Shown here piece by piece: positions 1 to 9,421 of a stretch of DNA of 64,000 bases. The notes under the pieces are model-generated. The model searched no databases, had not been told where the DNA came from, and worked only from the letters and a program-made list of their open reading frames with translations. Every line of letters starts with the position of its first letter. Within the stretch, counting starts at the first letter, position 1. The translations under genes and the position numbers were made by a program. This DNA is from a virus: positions 19,929 to 83,928 of IMG/VR virus record IMGVR_UViG_3300022700_000177; one strand, given 5' to 3'.

Positions 1-15
1 AAGCTTCAAGAGGGA

Positions 16-1047
16 TTGTTGAAAATGAGAATACTTGAAATATTAGATTCCATAAGACGCTCAATAGAGGACAACCCTTCCTTTTATTCGGAAAAAGTGG
101 AAGAAATTTTATCAACTGCCCTCTCAGAAATCCCCGAAGATCAACGAAACCACTTAATTAAGGAAGTACAGGCCCTTCTTGTCCCTTTTGTCGGAAAAAA
201 AGGTGAAGAGCCAAAAAAACTTAAACGCAGGAAGTTAACTAAAAGGGAAAGATTATCAAAAGTCAAAACCGATAAAGAACCAGAAGAGAAAAAGAAACCA
301 AGATTTAAGGAGTTAGAATATCCAGTAAAGAAATGGGTGGACTACTATATAAATCACGCAAAAGCACCAAAGCATAGAGAACATACAAGAAAAATGAACA
401 TGATTATTGCGAGGATTGAGGATTTAATGACGGCTAAATTTAAAGTTTTATCTGGTTTAACTTTTAATTATAGTTCTTTTTCTTTTGAGGACTTTCAATA
501 CTCTGTTGATAATTACAGGAAAGCTGCATTAGATTGGGCTTACAAACCAAGAAACAAACACCATTTGTTAGATGAAAACAAAAGACTAATATCACTGGAA
601 GCTTTTATATTCAACCCTAACAACGCCACGAGACCTTCATTATTTATGTACTTTTTAGAAAATCCAGCAGAGCTTAAACATCAATCAGAGTATCAAGAAT
701 TAGTTCAACTTATAATAAATAAATATAGGGAAAGTTTAAAAATAACAAAGGTTGAATTTAATGAGAAAGACTTAGATTGCTTTAATAAATCAGCTACGAA
801 ACTTAAGGAGTTCAAAAAAGACAATGGTATTGAAGTTAAAGACGCTCAACTTGTGGCCTATTTGATAGATGCTCTTAATAAAAGGTATAAGGATGATTTT
901 TACATAGCTTCATTAGCAAGCCACACCACATTTAACACTGTACTACCAAACTATATGAAGAAATTGAATGTAACAACTTCAAAGACAAGGGAAGAACAGA
1001 GGAAGAAACAAAGGGAATTTTTCAAAAACAAAAACATTGTAGGATAA
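16..1047 (+). CDS. hypothetical protein upstream of the helicase (possible replication initiator or loader)
   Basis: 343 aa ORF with a Lys-rich linker; function inferred from position only. Confidence 0.4.
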   Translation: MLKMRILEILDSIRRSIEDNPSFYSEKVEEILSTALSEIPEDQRNHLIKEVQALLVPFVGKKGEEPKKLKRRKLTKRERLSKVKTDKEPEEKKKPRFKELEYPVKKWVDYYINHAKAPKHREHTRKMNMIIARIEDLMTAKFKVLSGLTFNYSSFSFEDFQYSVDNYRKAALDWAYKPRNKHHLLDENKRLISLEAFIFNPNNATRPSLFMYFLENPAELKHQSEYQELVQLIINKYRESLKITKVEFNEKDLDCFNKSATKLKEFKKDNGIEVKDAQLVAYLIDALNKRYKDDFYIASLASHTTFNTVLPNYMKKLNVTTSKTREEQRKKQREFFKNKNIVG

Positions 1048-1096
1048 GGGGGATCTGATGCTTGTTACACCCAAAATGGCTGAATAAGGAAATACT

Positions 1097-2638
1097 ATGG
1101 CAATAGAGGTCCGTGCTGTTAATAAGGATTCCTCTTTAGAAAAACAAATCACACTCTCAATACTGACTTCAACAGAGTTCTTAAAAAGGATACGTTATTC
1201 CTACAACAAGGACTATTTCCAAAATTCAGCAATGGCTTTGATCTCTTATTGGGCCATCGAATTTTTTGACAATTACGGGGAAGCCCCTAAAGAAAACATA
1301 TTTAGAATATTTGATGTAGAAAAGGAGGATTTAGACTCAAGCATTATACCTGTAATAGAAGGTGTATTGCAAAGAGTTACAAGTCAACAACCAGATGCCT
1401 TAGAATACATCCTTGAAAAGACGAAAAGCTATTTTGAGAAAAGGGATCTATTGCTGACAGCAAGGAGAATGGAAAGTCTTGCAGAGAGAGGTTTGGTTGA
1501 CAAAGCTAAAGAGGTTAGGTATGACATAACAAAAAGCGTTGAATTGGTACAAGATGACTTTAGGGATATTTTAGATGAACACACGATTGAGACAGCATTA
1601 AATGCGAAGAAGGAAACAACCCTGTTTACGTTTCCAGGGGTTGTTGGCAACATTATTAAGCCATTACGCAGAGGCGAATTTATAACGTTTCAGGGTCCAG
1701 GAAAAAGGGGGAAAAGTTGGTGGCTTGTTTACACAGCAGTACAGGCATTATACCAACGAATACCTTTTGTCTATTTCTCATTAGAATTGCCAAGAGAAAT
1801 GGTTGAGACAAGAATCTATCAAGCTTTGACAGGATTTGTAGATGAATCAGATGATACGGTGTCAGATAAAGACGTTTTTCCTGTGTTTGACTGTAACCTC
1901 AACCAAACAGATGAATGTGCGAGAAGCGAGCGAACTTGCGATGTTGGGCTTTTATTGGAGGATGGATCAAAGCCTCCCTTTGGTAATGAGGATAGAAGAT
2001 ACATTCCATGTTCCAGTTGTCGCAACCACCCTGAACTGAGAGAGTTCTTTGAACCTGCAGTTTGGTATGAAAGAGAATCAAGACCGGACTTATACAACAC
2101 AAAGAATGTCAAGAGTAAAATAAGAAAACTCAAAACATATTTAAGGGCTTGTGGGGTTGTTGAAAGTTACCCAAAAGCTTCAGTAACCATTGAAGATATT
2201 GAAACCAGATTAAACATTCTTGAATATGAAAGGAACTTTATACCACAAGTTGTAATAATAGACATGCTTGATAATACAGCGAAAACTGTTGCAGATCAAA
2301 GGGCTGCCACAAATCATATTTGGGAATATGCTGACAGAATATCGAAAGACAGAAAAATTCTTTTTGTAACAGCAAATCAGGGAGGCAGAGGGGCAGCAAA
2401 TAAAGAAACACAGACTGAGGATGATGTATTTGAAGATATTAGGAAGCAGCATCATGTGGATGCAATGATTGCAATTAACCAGTTAAAGAAAGAAAAACTT
2501 GAAAAATGTTGGCGTATTGGGATGCTTGCTAAACGTGATGGAATGTTTGACTCATACCACCAAGCACTCGTATTGAGTAATTTGAGTGCGGGGCAGGTAA
2601 ATTTGGATTCAACGTTTTGGTTTTCTTCTGGTGGTTAA
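1097..2638 (+). CDS. dnaB: DnaB-like replicative helicase with a Cys-rich insertion
   Basis: Walker A GPGKRGKS, YFSLE, Walker B VVIID, TANQ and EDIRK..HVD motifs. Confidence 0.85.
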   Translation: MAIEVRAVNKDSSLEKQITLSILTSTEFLKRIRYSYNKDYFQNSAMALISYWAIEFFDNYGEAPKENIFRIFDVEKEDLDSSIIPVIEGVLQRVTSQQPDALEYILEKTKSYFEKRDLLLTARRMESLAERGLVDKAKEVRYDITKSVELVQDDFRDILDEHTIETALNAKKETTLFTFPGVVGNIIKPLRRGEFITFQGPGKRGKSWWLVYTAVQALYQRIPFVYFSLELPREMVETRIYQALTGFVDESDDTVSDKDVFPVFDCNLNQTDECARSERTCDVGLLLEDGSKPPFGNEDRRYIPCSSCRNHPELREFFEPAVWYERESRPDLYNTKNVKSKIRKLKTYLRACGVVESYPKASVTIEDIETRLNILEYERNFIPQVVIIDMLDNTAKTVADQRAATNHIWEYADRISKDRKILFVTANQGGRGAANKETQTEDDVFEDIRKQHHVDAMIAINQLKKEKLEKCWRIGMLAKRDGMFDSYHQALVLSNLSAGQVNLDSTFWFSSGG

Positions 2639-2658
2639 AATAACATAAGGAAAGAAAA

Positions 2659-2856
2659 ATGTACTGGAAAATAGAACCTTATCATACTAACGAAGCTGAT
2701 TTCTGTGTTTTACCAGCTGAAGATGACTTAGATCATCAAATAGCTTTAGACTATGCTAAAGAAAGACTTGAAGAAGTATGGGATCAACTTGGTCCGGGGG
2801 AAAAAGCGACTGTGAATATAGAATTATGTGAAGGTGATATGCCTGAAGTAGATTAG
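2659..2856 (+). CDS. small acidic hypothetical protein
   Basis: ORF with AAGGA RBS. Confidence 0.55.
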   Translation: MYWKIEPYHTNEADFCVLPAEDDLDHQIALDYAKERLEEVWDQLGPGEKATVNIELCEGDMPEVD

Positions 2857-2872
2857 GGAAGGAGAAATAATT

Positions 2873-3280
2873 ATGCCATGCATACACAAAGAAGCATTAA
2901 AGGCCATTGAAAAAGCTCATAATATGGTAGGCGATTTGGCCGCTGGCCGGAAACGCTGGATTATGACCGTACCTGTTCGAGACGATGATACAGACATGAT
3001 TCTTGCGGATGCTCTCATCAAGGCAAAAGAGGCTTTGGAGTGCAAACCCCGCACGATCACGATTCCGCAGTCAGAATTGCCAGAACCGATGCGGGAAGAG
3101 CCGGCGATAGGGTCGTATTATTTTACATGGAAGAAGCTGGGACTTTCTGTGTGCAAATATAGATGGGATGGTGATTCATCAGACAAGATGAGACTTAATG
3201 CGTGTTTGTCGTTCCACACCGAAGAGGACGCCAGGGCGTGGCGGGACTGGTGGCGAGAGAATGTTATGGGGAGGGGATAA
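2873..3280 (+). CDS. hypothetical protein
   Basis: ORF with GGAG RBS; GC-richer segment. Confidence 0.6.
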   Translation: MPCIHKEALKAIEKAHNMVGDLAAGRKRWIMTVPVRDDDTDMILADALIKAKEALECKPRTITIPQSELPEPMREEPAIGSYYFTWKKLGLSVCKYRWDGDSSDKMRLNACLSFHTEEDARAWRDWWRENVMGRG

Positions 3281-3384
3281 CTATGCTATATGCGCACGAT
3301 AGGGAACGGCCCTGGCCGAAGCCTGAATCTCTATATTATGTTGTCGGCGGTGTAATGATTACAATGTGATAAGGAGAGTCAAAA

Positions 3385-3561
3385 ATGAACACTGTACCAA
3401 AGACGCAACTCACTCCAAAACAGGTACTTGAATTTATTATCCTCGGGATAGAAAAAGGAAACTATCAAGCGGCTATAGATATAGCCAAGCAGTGTATTGA
3501 ACAGTTGGACGAAGAGCCTGTTAATGAAAAGCCTGACGAGCATGTGATAGGGAGGGAGTAA
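3385..3561 (+). CDS. small hypothetical protein (58 aa, not in the ORF track)
   Basis: AAGGAG RBS, MNTVPKTQLTPKQVLEF...GRE*. Confidence 0.5.
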   Translation: MNTVPKTQLTPKQVLEFIILGIEKGNYQAAIDIAKQCIEQLDEEPVNEKPDEHVIGRE

Positions 3562-3563
3562 CC

Positions 3564-3890
3564 ATGCCAACAGGATATACTTTTGACGAAATACAAGAAC
3601 TTCGCTTCGAAAACCGCCGCCTTGCCACTCTCTTGGACGAGATCAAGCAGGAGAATGATACCCTCAGATCCCATGCGCGAGATGCTGAACAAGCATTTCA
3701 GAATTATGGAGAAATCAAACAGGAGAACCAGCAGTTGCGGGAGGCGTTGAAAGTCTACGCAAACAAGAGGAATTGGACACGGAATGGGCCTCACTTGAAC
3801 ATATTTACTTGCGATACAAATGGGCCATATATAGCTATAAAAGTCCTGGAGAGGGAAAAGGAGAAGAGCAAGGGAGGGAGGAAGATATGA
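3564..3890 (+). CDS. coiled-coil hypothetical protein
   Basis: GGAG RBS; internal EIKQEN repeat. Confidence 0.55.
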   Translation: MPTGYTFDEIQELRFENRRLATLLDEIKQENDTLRSHARDAEQAFQNYGEIKQENQQLREALKVYANKRNWTRNGPHLNIFTCDTNGPYIAIKVLEREKEKSKGGRKI

Positions 3891-4144
3891 TAAAGTCAAC
3901 AGATTTTGAATCAGAAACCGTAGCTTTGGAAAGGTTAATTGATATTTTTAATCAAAAGATGAAAAACAAACTCATAATAAAACACATGGAAGACAAAAGA
4001 GGTTGGGACAATCCCAAATTAAAAGAAGCTATCACTGTGTCTCTTGAAGACCATGTAAGGAAGGCTAAAGAAGATCCCAGACAATGGGTAGATGTAGCGA
4101 ATCTTGCTGCTATGCTCTGGAACTTTGGAGAGACTAATGGATAA
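3887..4144 (+). CDS. hypothetical protein, possible all-alpha NTP pyrophosphohydrolase-like fold
   Basis: ATG 3887 overlaps the upstream stop; C-terminal WVDVANLAAMLW motif. Confidence 0.4.
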   Translation: MIKSTDFESETVALERLIDIFNQKMKNKLIIKHMEDKRGWDNPKLKEAITVSLEDHVRKAKEDPRQWVDVANLAAMLWNFGETNG

Positions 4145-4598
4145 TACAACAAAAGAAGCAATCGAAAGGCTTAACCCCATAAATGAAGACTTAAAAGCTT
4201 TCTTCAAAAAACATGGGGTTGTTACAGGTTCATTTAAATTTGGGGGATTTGTAAAGGGAAAATCTGACATTGATATAATTATACCTTACTTTTTAAAAGA
4301 AGACGGTTTCTTTCAAGACCTTATTGATAACAAACAAGGTTTTTATATTCCACATGAATATTCAAAAGAAGAATTTCGATGTATTTATGTTAAAACAAAA
4401 GACGGTACAATACTAAATCTATTGCTTCCACATACAAAAGAGTATTATAATATAATGGTAAGAGCAACAAAAATAACGATAGGAATTACAAAGTATTTTG
4501 AGAGTATAGGAATAAAACACCCATTTGAACAAAGAGAAACCCGGCTGAGAGTATTTGAATACTGCAAAGATATATGTAAGGAGCTAATATGCGAGTAA
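4137..4598 (+). CDS. Pol-beta superfamily nucleotidyltransferase
   Basis: VTGSFKFG...KSDIDII (GS-x-DxD) signature; start revised to ATG 4137. Confidence 0.7.
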   Translation: MDNTTKEAIERLNPINEDLKAFFKKHGVVTGSFKFGGFVKGKSDIDIIIPYFLKEDGFFQDLIDNKQGFYIPHEYSKEEFRCIYVKTKDGTILNLLLPHTKEYYNIMVRATKITIGITKYFESIGIKHPFEQRETRLRVFEYCKDICKELICE

Positions 4599-4759
4599 GG
4601 ATGACAATTACTTTGGATGAAAAAACAATTGATGAACTGGATTCTTTTCCGAGAAATCGTGTCAAAAACAAATCTGCATTGATTGAGGGGTTGTTAAAAG
4701 AGTGGATTAGAAAAGAGAAAAAACTTATAGAGAAAGAGGAGGAGGAAGATGACGAGTGA
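4589..4759 (+). CDS. ribbon-helix-helix (CopG/Arc/MetJ) DNA-binding protein, 56 aa, not in the ORF track
   Basis: TAAGGAG RBS; MRVRMTITLDEKTIDELD...NKSALIEGLLKEWI fits the RHH pattern. Confidence 0.7.
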   Translation: MRVRMTITLDEKTIDELDSFPRNRVKNKSALIEGLLKEWIRKEKKLIEKEEEEDDE

Positions 4760-5138
4760 ACAAATCAAAGTGGGATTGAGGTTTGAAATAAGCTATGCTC
4801 ATTGGCTGCCAAGACATGGGGGAAAATGTAAAAATCTGCATGGGCACAATGGAATATGTGAGATAGTGTTCAAACAATCAATAAATTATCTTGATGACGG
4901 AATGGTAATGGACTTTTCTTTAATGAAAAACAGATTTGCAGCAGAGATAAAAAACAGATTAGACCATAAATATCTTAATGAATGTTTTGATTGGAGACCC
5001 ACAGCAGAGAACACCGTAATTTTTATCAAAAATGAATTGAAAGCTATGTTGAATTGTAAGGGTACTGATCATGTAAAACTCCATAAAGTCAAATTTTGGG
5101 AGGATAGGGATTCTTATGCAGAGTGGGAAGATAAGTGA
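4749..5138 (+). CDS. queD: 6-carboxy-5,6,7,8-tetrahydropterin synthase
   Basis: AHWL..HGGKCKNLHGHN, DGMVMDF, LDHKYLN, PTAEN motifs. Confidence 0.93.
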   Translation: MTSEQIKVGLRFEISYAHWLPRHGGKCKNLHGHNGICEIVFKQSINYLDDGMVMDFSLMKNRFAAEIKNRLDHKYLNECFDWRPTAENTVIFIKNELKAMLNCKGTDHVKLHKVKFWEDRDSYAEWEDK

Positions 5139-5769
5139 AATTTTTAGATCGTTTGATGGAGAGCATAACCGTTTTGGAATAGGGGCACCTTCTATCTTTA
5201 TAAGATTTTATGGCTGTTCCTGCGATTGTTCCTATTGTGACACCAGACAAGTTTCCTTTAAAGAATACACAGTTGATGAAGTTTTCAAGGATATTGGGAG
5301 GCTGAAAGCAAATACCGTTAAGAAATTGACAATTACAGGAGGTGAGCCATTAGAACAACCTAAATTCTTTTTGGAATTGACAGATTTCTTGAGTTCGCAG
5401 AGATATAGCATGACAGTTGAAACAAATGGTAAACATCCAAGAACACCGTATGACCCAAATATTTCATTTGTTATGGACTGGAAGATGCCAAGCTCTGGAT
5501 GTTATGATGAAAATGATTTAACAAATATTTTGACATTAGAAGATGAGGATAGCGTAAAATTTGTGATTGATGATCAAAAGGATTTTGAGACTGCTGTTCA
5601 TTGTGCCGGTTATTTACTTAACCATGAGTTTACAGCAGAACAGATAGTATTTTCTCCAACATATTCCGCAGATCATAATAAAGCAAAAATTCTTTCAAAT
5701 CAGATGATCAGTCACAATTTGCCTTATAGGATCTCTTACCAAATGCATAAAATTATTCATATTAAATAA
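5116..5769 (+). CDS. queE: 7-carboxy-7-deazaguanine synthase (radical SAM)
   Basis: SEIFRSFDGE, FIRFYGCSCDCSYCDT (CxxxCxxC), ITGGEP, ETNG, QMHK. Confidence 0.93.
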   Translation: MQSGKISEIFRSFDGEHNRFGIGAPSIFIRFYGCSCDCSYCDTRQVSFKEYTVDEVFKDIGRLKANTVKKLTITGGEPLEQPKFFLELTDFLSSQRYSMTVETNGKHPRTPYDPNISFVMDWKMPSSGCYDENDLTNILTLEDEDSVKFVIDDQKDFETAVHCAGYLLNHEFTAEQIVFSPTYSADHNKAKILSNQMISHNLPYRISYQMHKIIHIK

Positions 5770-5785
5770 AACCGTACAGGACCTA

Positions 5786-5814
5786 TTGACTTTATGTTAC
5801 AATAGTTTTATCAT
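5786..5814 (+). promoter_or_regulatory. sigma70-type promoter
   Basis: TTGACT-17 nt-TATCAT in the intergenic gap before the GGAGG RBS of ORF 5861. Confidence 0.7.
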
Positions 5815-5860
5815 AGTTTCTTCCCATCACAAATTTTTAACCCAAACGTAGGAGGCATTT

Positions 5861-6586
5861 ATGGCAATCAAAGGAGACTTTGAATCAATCAGTCTGAAAA
5901 ATCTGAAAATGGTTTGTAATGAGCTGAATGATTCTGGACTGGTTGAGAAAAAGAAAAAGGTTGACACCAAGAAACTGAAGAAAAAGCTCGATCTTATCGA
6001 AGGTTTCATTGATGCAATCGAAAGTATCCCAGAGAAATCTGAGGAAGAAACCAAGCTGGAGAAGGAGCACAACAAAGTAGTCGAGATGCACAACTCTATC
6101 ACTGACATCATTGACCAAGCAGAAAACGGGGAAACAGCCGATCCTGAACCTGAGGCTGGAGAAAAAGATGAATCTGAGCCTGAGCCTGAGAAAAAGTCTG
6201 AGAAGAAGGACAAAGGCAAGGGCAAAGCTAAAGAAAAAGCAAAGCCTAAAGCAGAGAAGAAGGAGAAGTCTGAGAAAAAGTCTGAAGGCAAAAAGAAGGG
6301 CGGGTTGCCCCACATGAACGCTCCCAAAGATGATCTCGGGGCCGTAATTGGTAAAGGAACAAATCTTATCAATGAAGAGTTCAAAGCAGGGGCCACTTTT
6401 GAGGAGATTGCTGACAAGATTGGTTGCAAACCAGGAAGGGTACGGACTCACTATGCTTCTCTTGTGAAAAGCGGAGTTGAATTTGAAACCAAAACCCGAA
6501 AATATAAATTGATTGGAGGCAAAGAAAAGGATACTGTTTATTGGGTTAAGATCAAAAAGATCCCCAAAAACTTCAAAAAGGTTTAG
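5861..6586 (+). CDS. charged (E/K-rich) protein with a C-terminal helix-turn-helix
   Basis: GATFEEIADKIGCKPGRVRTHY HTH-like segment; histone-like KAKEKAK linker. Confidence 0.55.
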   Translation: MAIKGDFESISLKNLKMVCNELNDSGLVEKKKKVDTKKLKKKLDLIEGFIDAIESIPEKSEEETKLEKEHNKVVEMHNSITDIIDQAENGETADPEPEAGEKDESEPEPEKKSEKKDKGKGKAKEKAKPKAEKKEKSEKKSEGKKKGGLPHMNAPKDDLGAVIGKGTNLINEEFKAGATFEEIADKIGCKPGRVRTHYASLVKSGVEFETKTRKYKLIGGKEKDTVYWVKIKKIPKNFKKV

Positions 6587-6588
6587 TC

Positions 6589-7143
6589 ATGCCTACGAAA
6601 GCATTTGTTGAAAATCTGGTGTCCCATTGGAAAGAAGACCCTAATCTTCAAGAGACACCAGAAAGAATTGAACGAATGTATAGGGAAGAGCTTTTCAAAA
6701 ATGTGGATAAGGAATTTACAGATTGGAAAGCATTCCCTAATGAGAAAGGTTATAATCAACTCATTGTATTTGACAGGATTTTCTTTTCGTCAACTTGCTC
6801 CCACCATTTCGTCCCCTTCACAGGCTTTGCCTACATTGCATATATACCTGGAGATTATTTGGTGGGGGCAAGTAAGCCTATGAGAGCTGTTGAACATTAC
6901 GCAGCAAGACCGCAAATCCAAGAAAATCTATGTCACGAAGTGTTACAAAGTTTCACTGAAGCAGCAAAACCTATCGGTGCTGCTGTTATAATGAAAGCTT
7001 CTCATATGTGTGTGGTTGGTAGAGGAGCTAAACAACCTACATCAAAGATGGTTACATCTGCTTTGTTTGGAAAGTGTTTTGAGGATAAGGTAAAATGGGA
7101 AATTTTTGAACTAATTAAACTTCAAGGAGGATTACATGACTGA
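6589..7143 (+). CDS. folE: GTP cyclohydrolase I
   Basis: LQETPER, STCSHHFVPF, GASK..R, RPQIQE, HMC..RG. Confidence 0.93.
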   Translation: MPTKAFVENLVSHWKEDPNLQETPERIERMYREELFKNVDKEFTDWKAFPNEKGYNQLIVFDRIFFSSTCSHHFVPFTGFAYIAYIPGDYLVGASKPMRAVEHYAARPQIQENLCHEVLQSFTEAAKPIGAAVIMKASHMCVVGRGAKQPTSKMVTSALFGKCFEDKVKWEIFELIKLQGGLHD

Positions 7144-7336
7144 TTATAGCGAACTCGATACTTTGGAAGAGGTTCATAATGTAATTATGAGTGAAATGGA
7201 AGACTACCAAAACAACGCCGCAAAAGCTATTGAAAAAGGTAACAAGTCTGCTGCTCGTAGAGCAAGGTCAGCACTTCAAAACATTACTAAGTTGAAAAAG
7301 CCTTTCAAAGAAATGTCAATGGATATAGGGAAGTAA
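7136..7336 (+). CDS. Hc1-like histone H1-like DNA-binding protein
   Basis: EKGNKSAARRARSALQNI resembles the Hc1 family core. Confidence 0.7.
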   Translation: MTDYSELDTLEEVHNVIMSEMEDYQNNAAKAIEKGNKSAARRARSALQNITKLKKPFKEMSMDIGK

Positions 7337-7357
7337 ATCTTCTGAAAGGTTAACTTG

Positions 7358-7392
7358 AAATGGCGGGGTTTTTCATCCCGCCATTTTTGTTT
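7358..7392 (+). terminator. rho-independent terminator
   Basis: AAATGGCGGG / CCCGCCATTT stem followed by a T-rich tract. Confidence 0.8.
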
Positions 7393-7414
7393 CGGAAAAG
7401 GAGGGTAAAAAAAA

Positions 7415-7675
7415 ATGGAGATTATGGTATATAAAAACAAAAACGGACAAGAATTTATAAAACAGGTAAAGATTTGTTGTCCAGAAATGAGTAGAATAAT
7501 TTGTGAGGACCCTCAGGTTAGAGCAAATATGAATATTCCATTCTTTTCTGTGAGATCCAGGATATTATATACTTTTGATAAAGCATCACTTCAAATTGAT
7601 TATTGCCCATATTGCGGTGAAAAAATAGAGGTACTAAAAAGAGAATATGACCCAAACACAGAAAGTACAGCATAA
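7415..7675 (+). CDS. small zinc-ribbon protein
   Basis: CC...YCPYCG. Confidence 0.55.
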   Translation: MEIMVYKNKNGQEFIKQVKICCPEMSRIICEDPQVRANMNIPFFSVRSRILYTFDKASLQIDYCPYCGEKIEVLKREYDPNTESTA

Positions 7676-7688
7676 AAAGGATGCTTAT

Positions 7689-8825
7689 ATGAGAATAATA
7701 TATTTTCCTTTAGAGTCCTATAAAGAAAGATATACTTGCCAACTCAGTGCAGCTAATACAGGTTGGCTCCACTCCAGATGGCTGGAAAATGAAATTCCAG
7801 TAATAAGAATAAAAGGCGATACAGCATTTTCAACAGCTATTAAGACAGGCAGCGTTCTTGATGCCACAAGAAGACCCCAATATGCTTGTTCCCAAGTAAG
7901 AGAATATTTGTACTATCTTGAGGATGAAAAATTCAGTAAAGAAGATGTAATTTACTTTGATGATTTTTTTCATCCAGGAATTGAAGCAATTGCTTATGCT
8001 CACAATCTTATGAGCAGGTATAATAATCATTACAAGAAAAAGGGCTTGCCAAGAATGTATGCCTTGCTTCATGCACAGTCTGTGGATGTTTATGATTTCA
8101 CTTATCAGATGCGGGACTGGATGCGTTATTATGAAATGATGGTTGGCAGTATTCTTGATGGTGTTTTTGTTTCTTGTAATTTATTAAAGGAATTAGTTGA
8201 TAAAGCAGGTATAAGCCATCCAACAAAGGTACATTCTGTAGGGCTGCCTTTTAATTCTGACAGAGTAAGAGACTATTTTCCTAAAAAGATCCCAGAAAAG
8301 AAAAGACAGGTTATCTTTAGTTCCAGATGGGATGATGAAAAAGACCCTTCTTTATTTTTAGAATTGGCATACTATGCAAAAAAGTATGACCCTACAATTA
8401 AGTTTGTTATCACAACATCCCAACCAAAATTAAGAAGTAACTTTGGGGGGCTTCTTTCTTTATTGCATAAAGCTCTTGCAGAATTGCCAAATCTTGAATT
8501 AAGGGAAAACCAATCAAAAACACAATACTATGAAAACCTTTTGGAATCAAAAATACAATTCAATTGTGCCGATCAGGATTTTATTTCATGGACTTTATTA
8601 GAAGCATTGGTATGTAAATGTATTCCTGTATATCCAAATTTTAGGAGCTTTCCTGAAGTTTTACCTTCTGGGTACTTATATGAAAAAAGAAAGGTACAAG
8701 AGGCATTTGCTTTGATAAATTTCTTTATGGATTTAGAATTTCCAACCCCATTAATAGATGTATATAAAAACCAGGATCTTACATGGAAAAGAATGTTAGA
8801 TATTATGGAGGAAGACAATGGATAG
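7689..8825 (+). CDS. GT-B glycosyltransferase (candidate DNA-base glycosyltransferase)
   Basis: FSSRWDDEK and QDFISWTLLEALVCKCIPV...SFPEV (GT4-like C-terminal domain); overlaps the dpdL-like gene; start revised to 7689. Confidence 0.8.
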   Translation: MRIIYFPLESYKERYTCQLSAANTGWLHSRWLENEIPVIRIKGDTAFSTAIKTGSVLDATRRPQYACSQVREYLYYLEDEKFSKEDVIYFDDFFHPGIEAIAYAHNLMSRYNNHYKKKGLPRMYALLHAQSVDVYDFTYQMRDWMRYYEMMVGSILDGVFVSCNLLKELVDKAGISHPTKVHSVGLPFNSDRVRDYFPKKIPEKKRQVIFSSRWDDEKDPSLFLELAYYAKKYDPTIKFVITTSQPKLRSNFGGLLSLLHKALAELPNLELRENQSKTQYYENLLESKIQFNCADQDFISWTLLEALVCKCIPVYPNFRSFPEVLPSGYLYEKRKVQEAFALINFFMDLEFPTPLIDVYKNQDLTWKRMLDIMEEDNG

Positions 8826-9147
8826 ACATACAGAAATATTTATAACTACTTTTTTCCCTGCTTATCATAGGTGGGTTGACGCTCCTGAAAAGTATTGGGT
8901 ATTGAGAGAATACCACAGACATATATTTCATGTGTCTATGAATTGGGAGGTATCCCATGCTAACAGGGAAATTGAATTTATCGAAATGAAAAACAAAGTG
9001 GATGCGTATATTGAAAAGGAACTAAAGAATAAATATTTTAATTATTCCTGTGAAATGTTAGCTAAAATACTATTAATGAGCTTTGAGGCTTCTTCGGTAA
9101 CTGTATCTGAAGATGGTGAGAATGGGGCAACTGTAATTGTTAAATAG
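8818..9147 (+). CDS. QueD-like T-fold protein, probable CDG decarboxylase (DpdL-like)
   Basis: HRW..AP...LREYHRHIF, REIEF, SCEMLA, VSEDGENGA; the LxxxHRHxF motif is recalled from memory as the DpdL signature. Confidence 0.7.
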   Translation: MDRHTEIFITTFFPAYHRWVDAPEKYWVLREYHRHIFHVSMNWEVSHANREIEFIEMKNKVDAYIEKELKNKYFNYSCEMLAKILLMSFEASSVTVSEDGENGATVIVK

Positions 9148-9156
9148 GAGTAAGGT

Positions 9157-9420
9157 ATGTCAAGAATTACATGGGAACCCTCAAAACGCCAATATGGTTC
9201 AGGCGAAGAAGGAAAATTAGATAAATATATAATTTTTGAATTGTTCTATGATGGGAGTAGACCAAAAAGTAAGGAAGTTCCTCCATATAAATTAGTGTGC
9301 CTACTTCCAGGAATAAAAGAGCATCTGGGACATTATAATCAAAAAGAAGGGAAAGAATTTGCTGAAAGGGTTTTAGAACATTGGCTTAAAAATGCGGGAT
9401 TAATTAAAAAAGAGAATTAA
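9157..9420 (+). CDS. hypothetical protein
   Basis: ORF with RBS. Confidence 0.55.
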   Translation: MSRITWEPSKRQYGSGEEGKLDKYIIFELFYDGSRPKSKEVPPYKLVCLLPGIKEHLGHYNQKEGKEFAERVLEHWLKNAGLIKKEN

Positions 9421-9421
9421 A

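Noticed and set aside
1850-2100. Intein in the helicase (also considered for the polymerase and RNR)
   Set aside because: No intein N-terminal block, no HN-C/S/T end and no LAGLIDADG motifs; protein lengths fit intein-free versions
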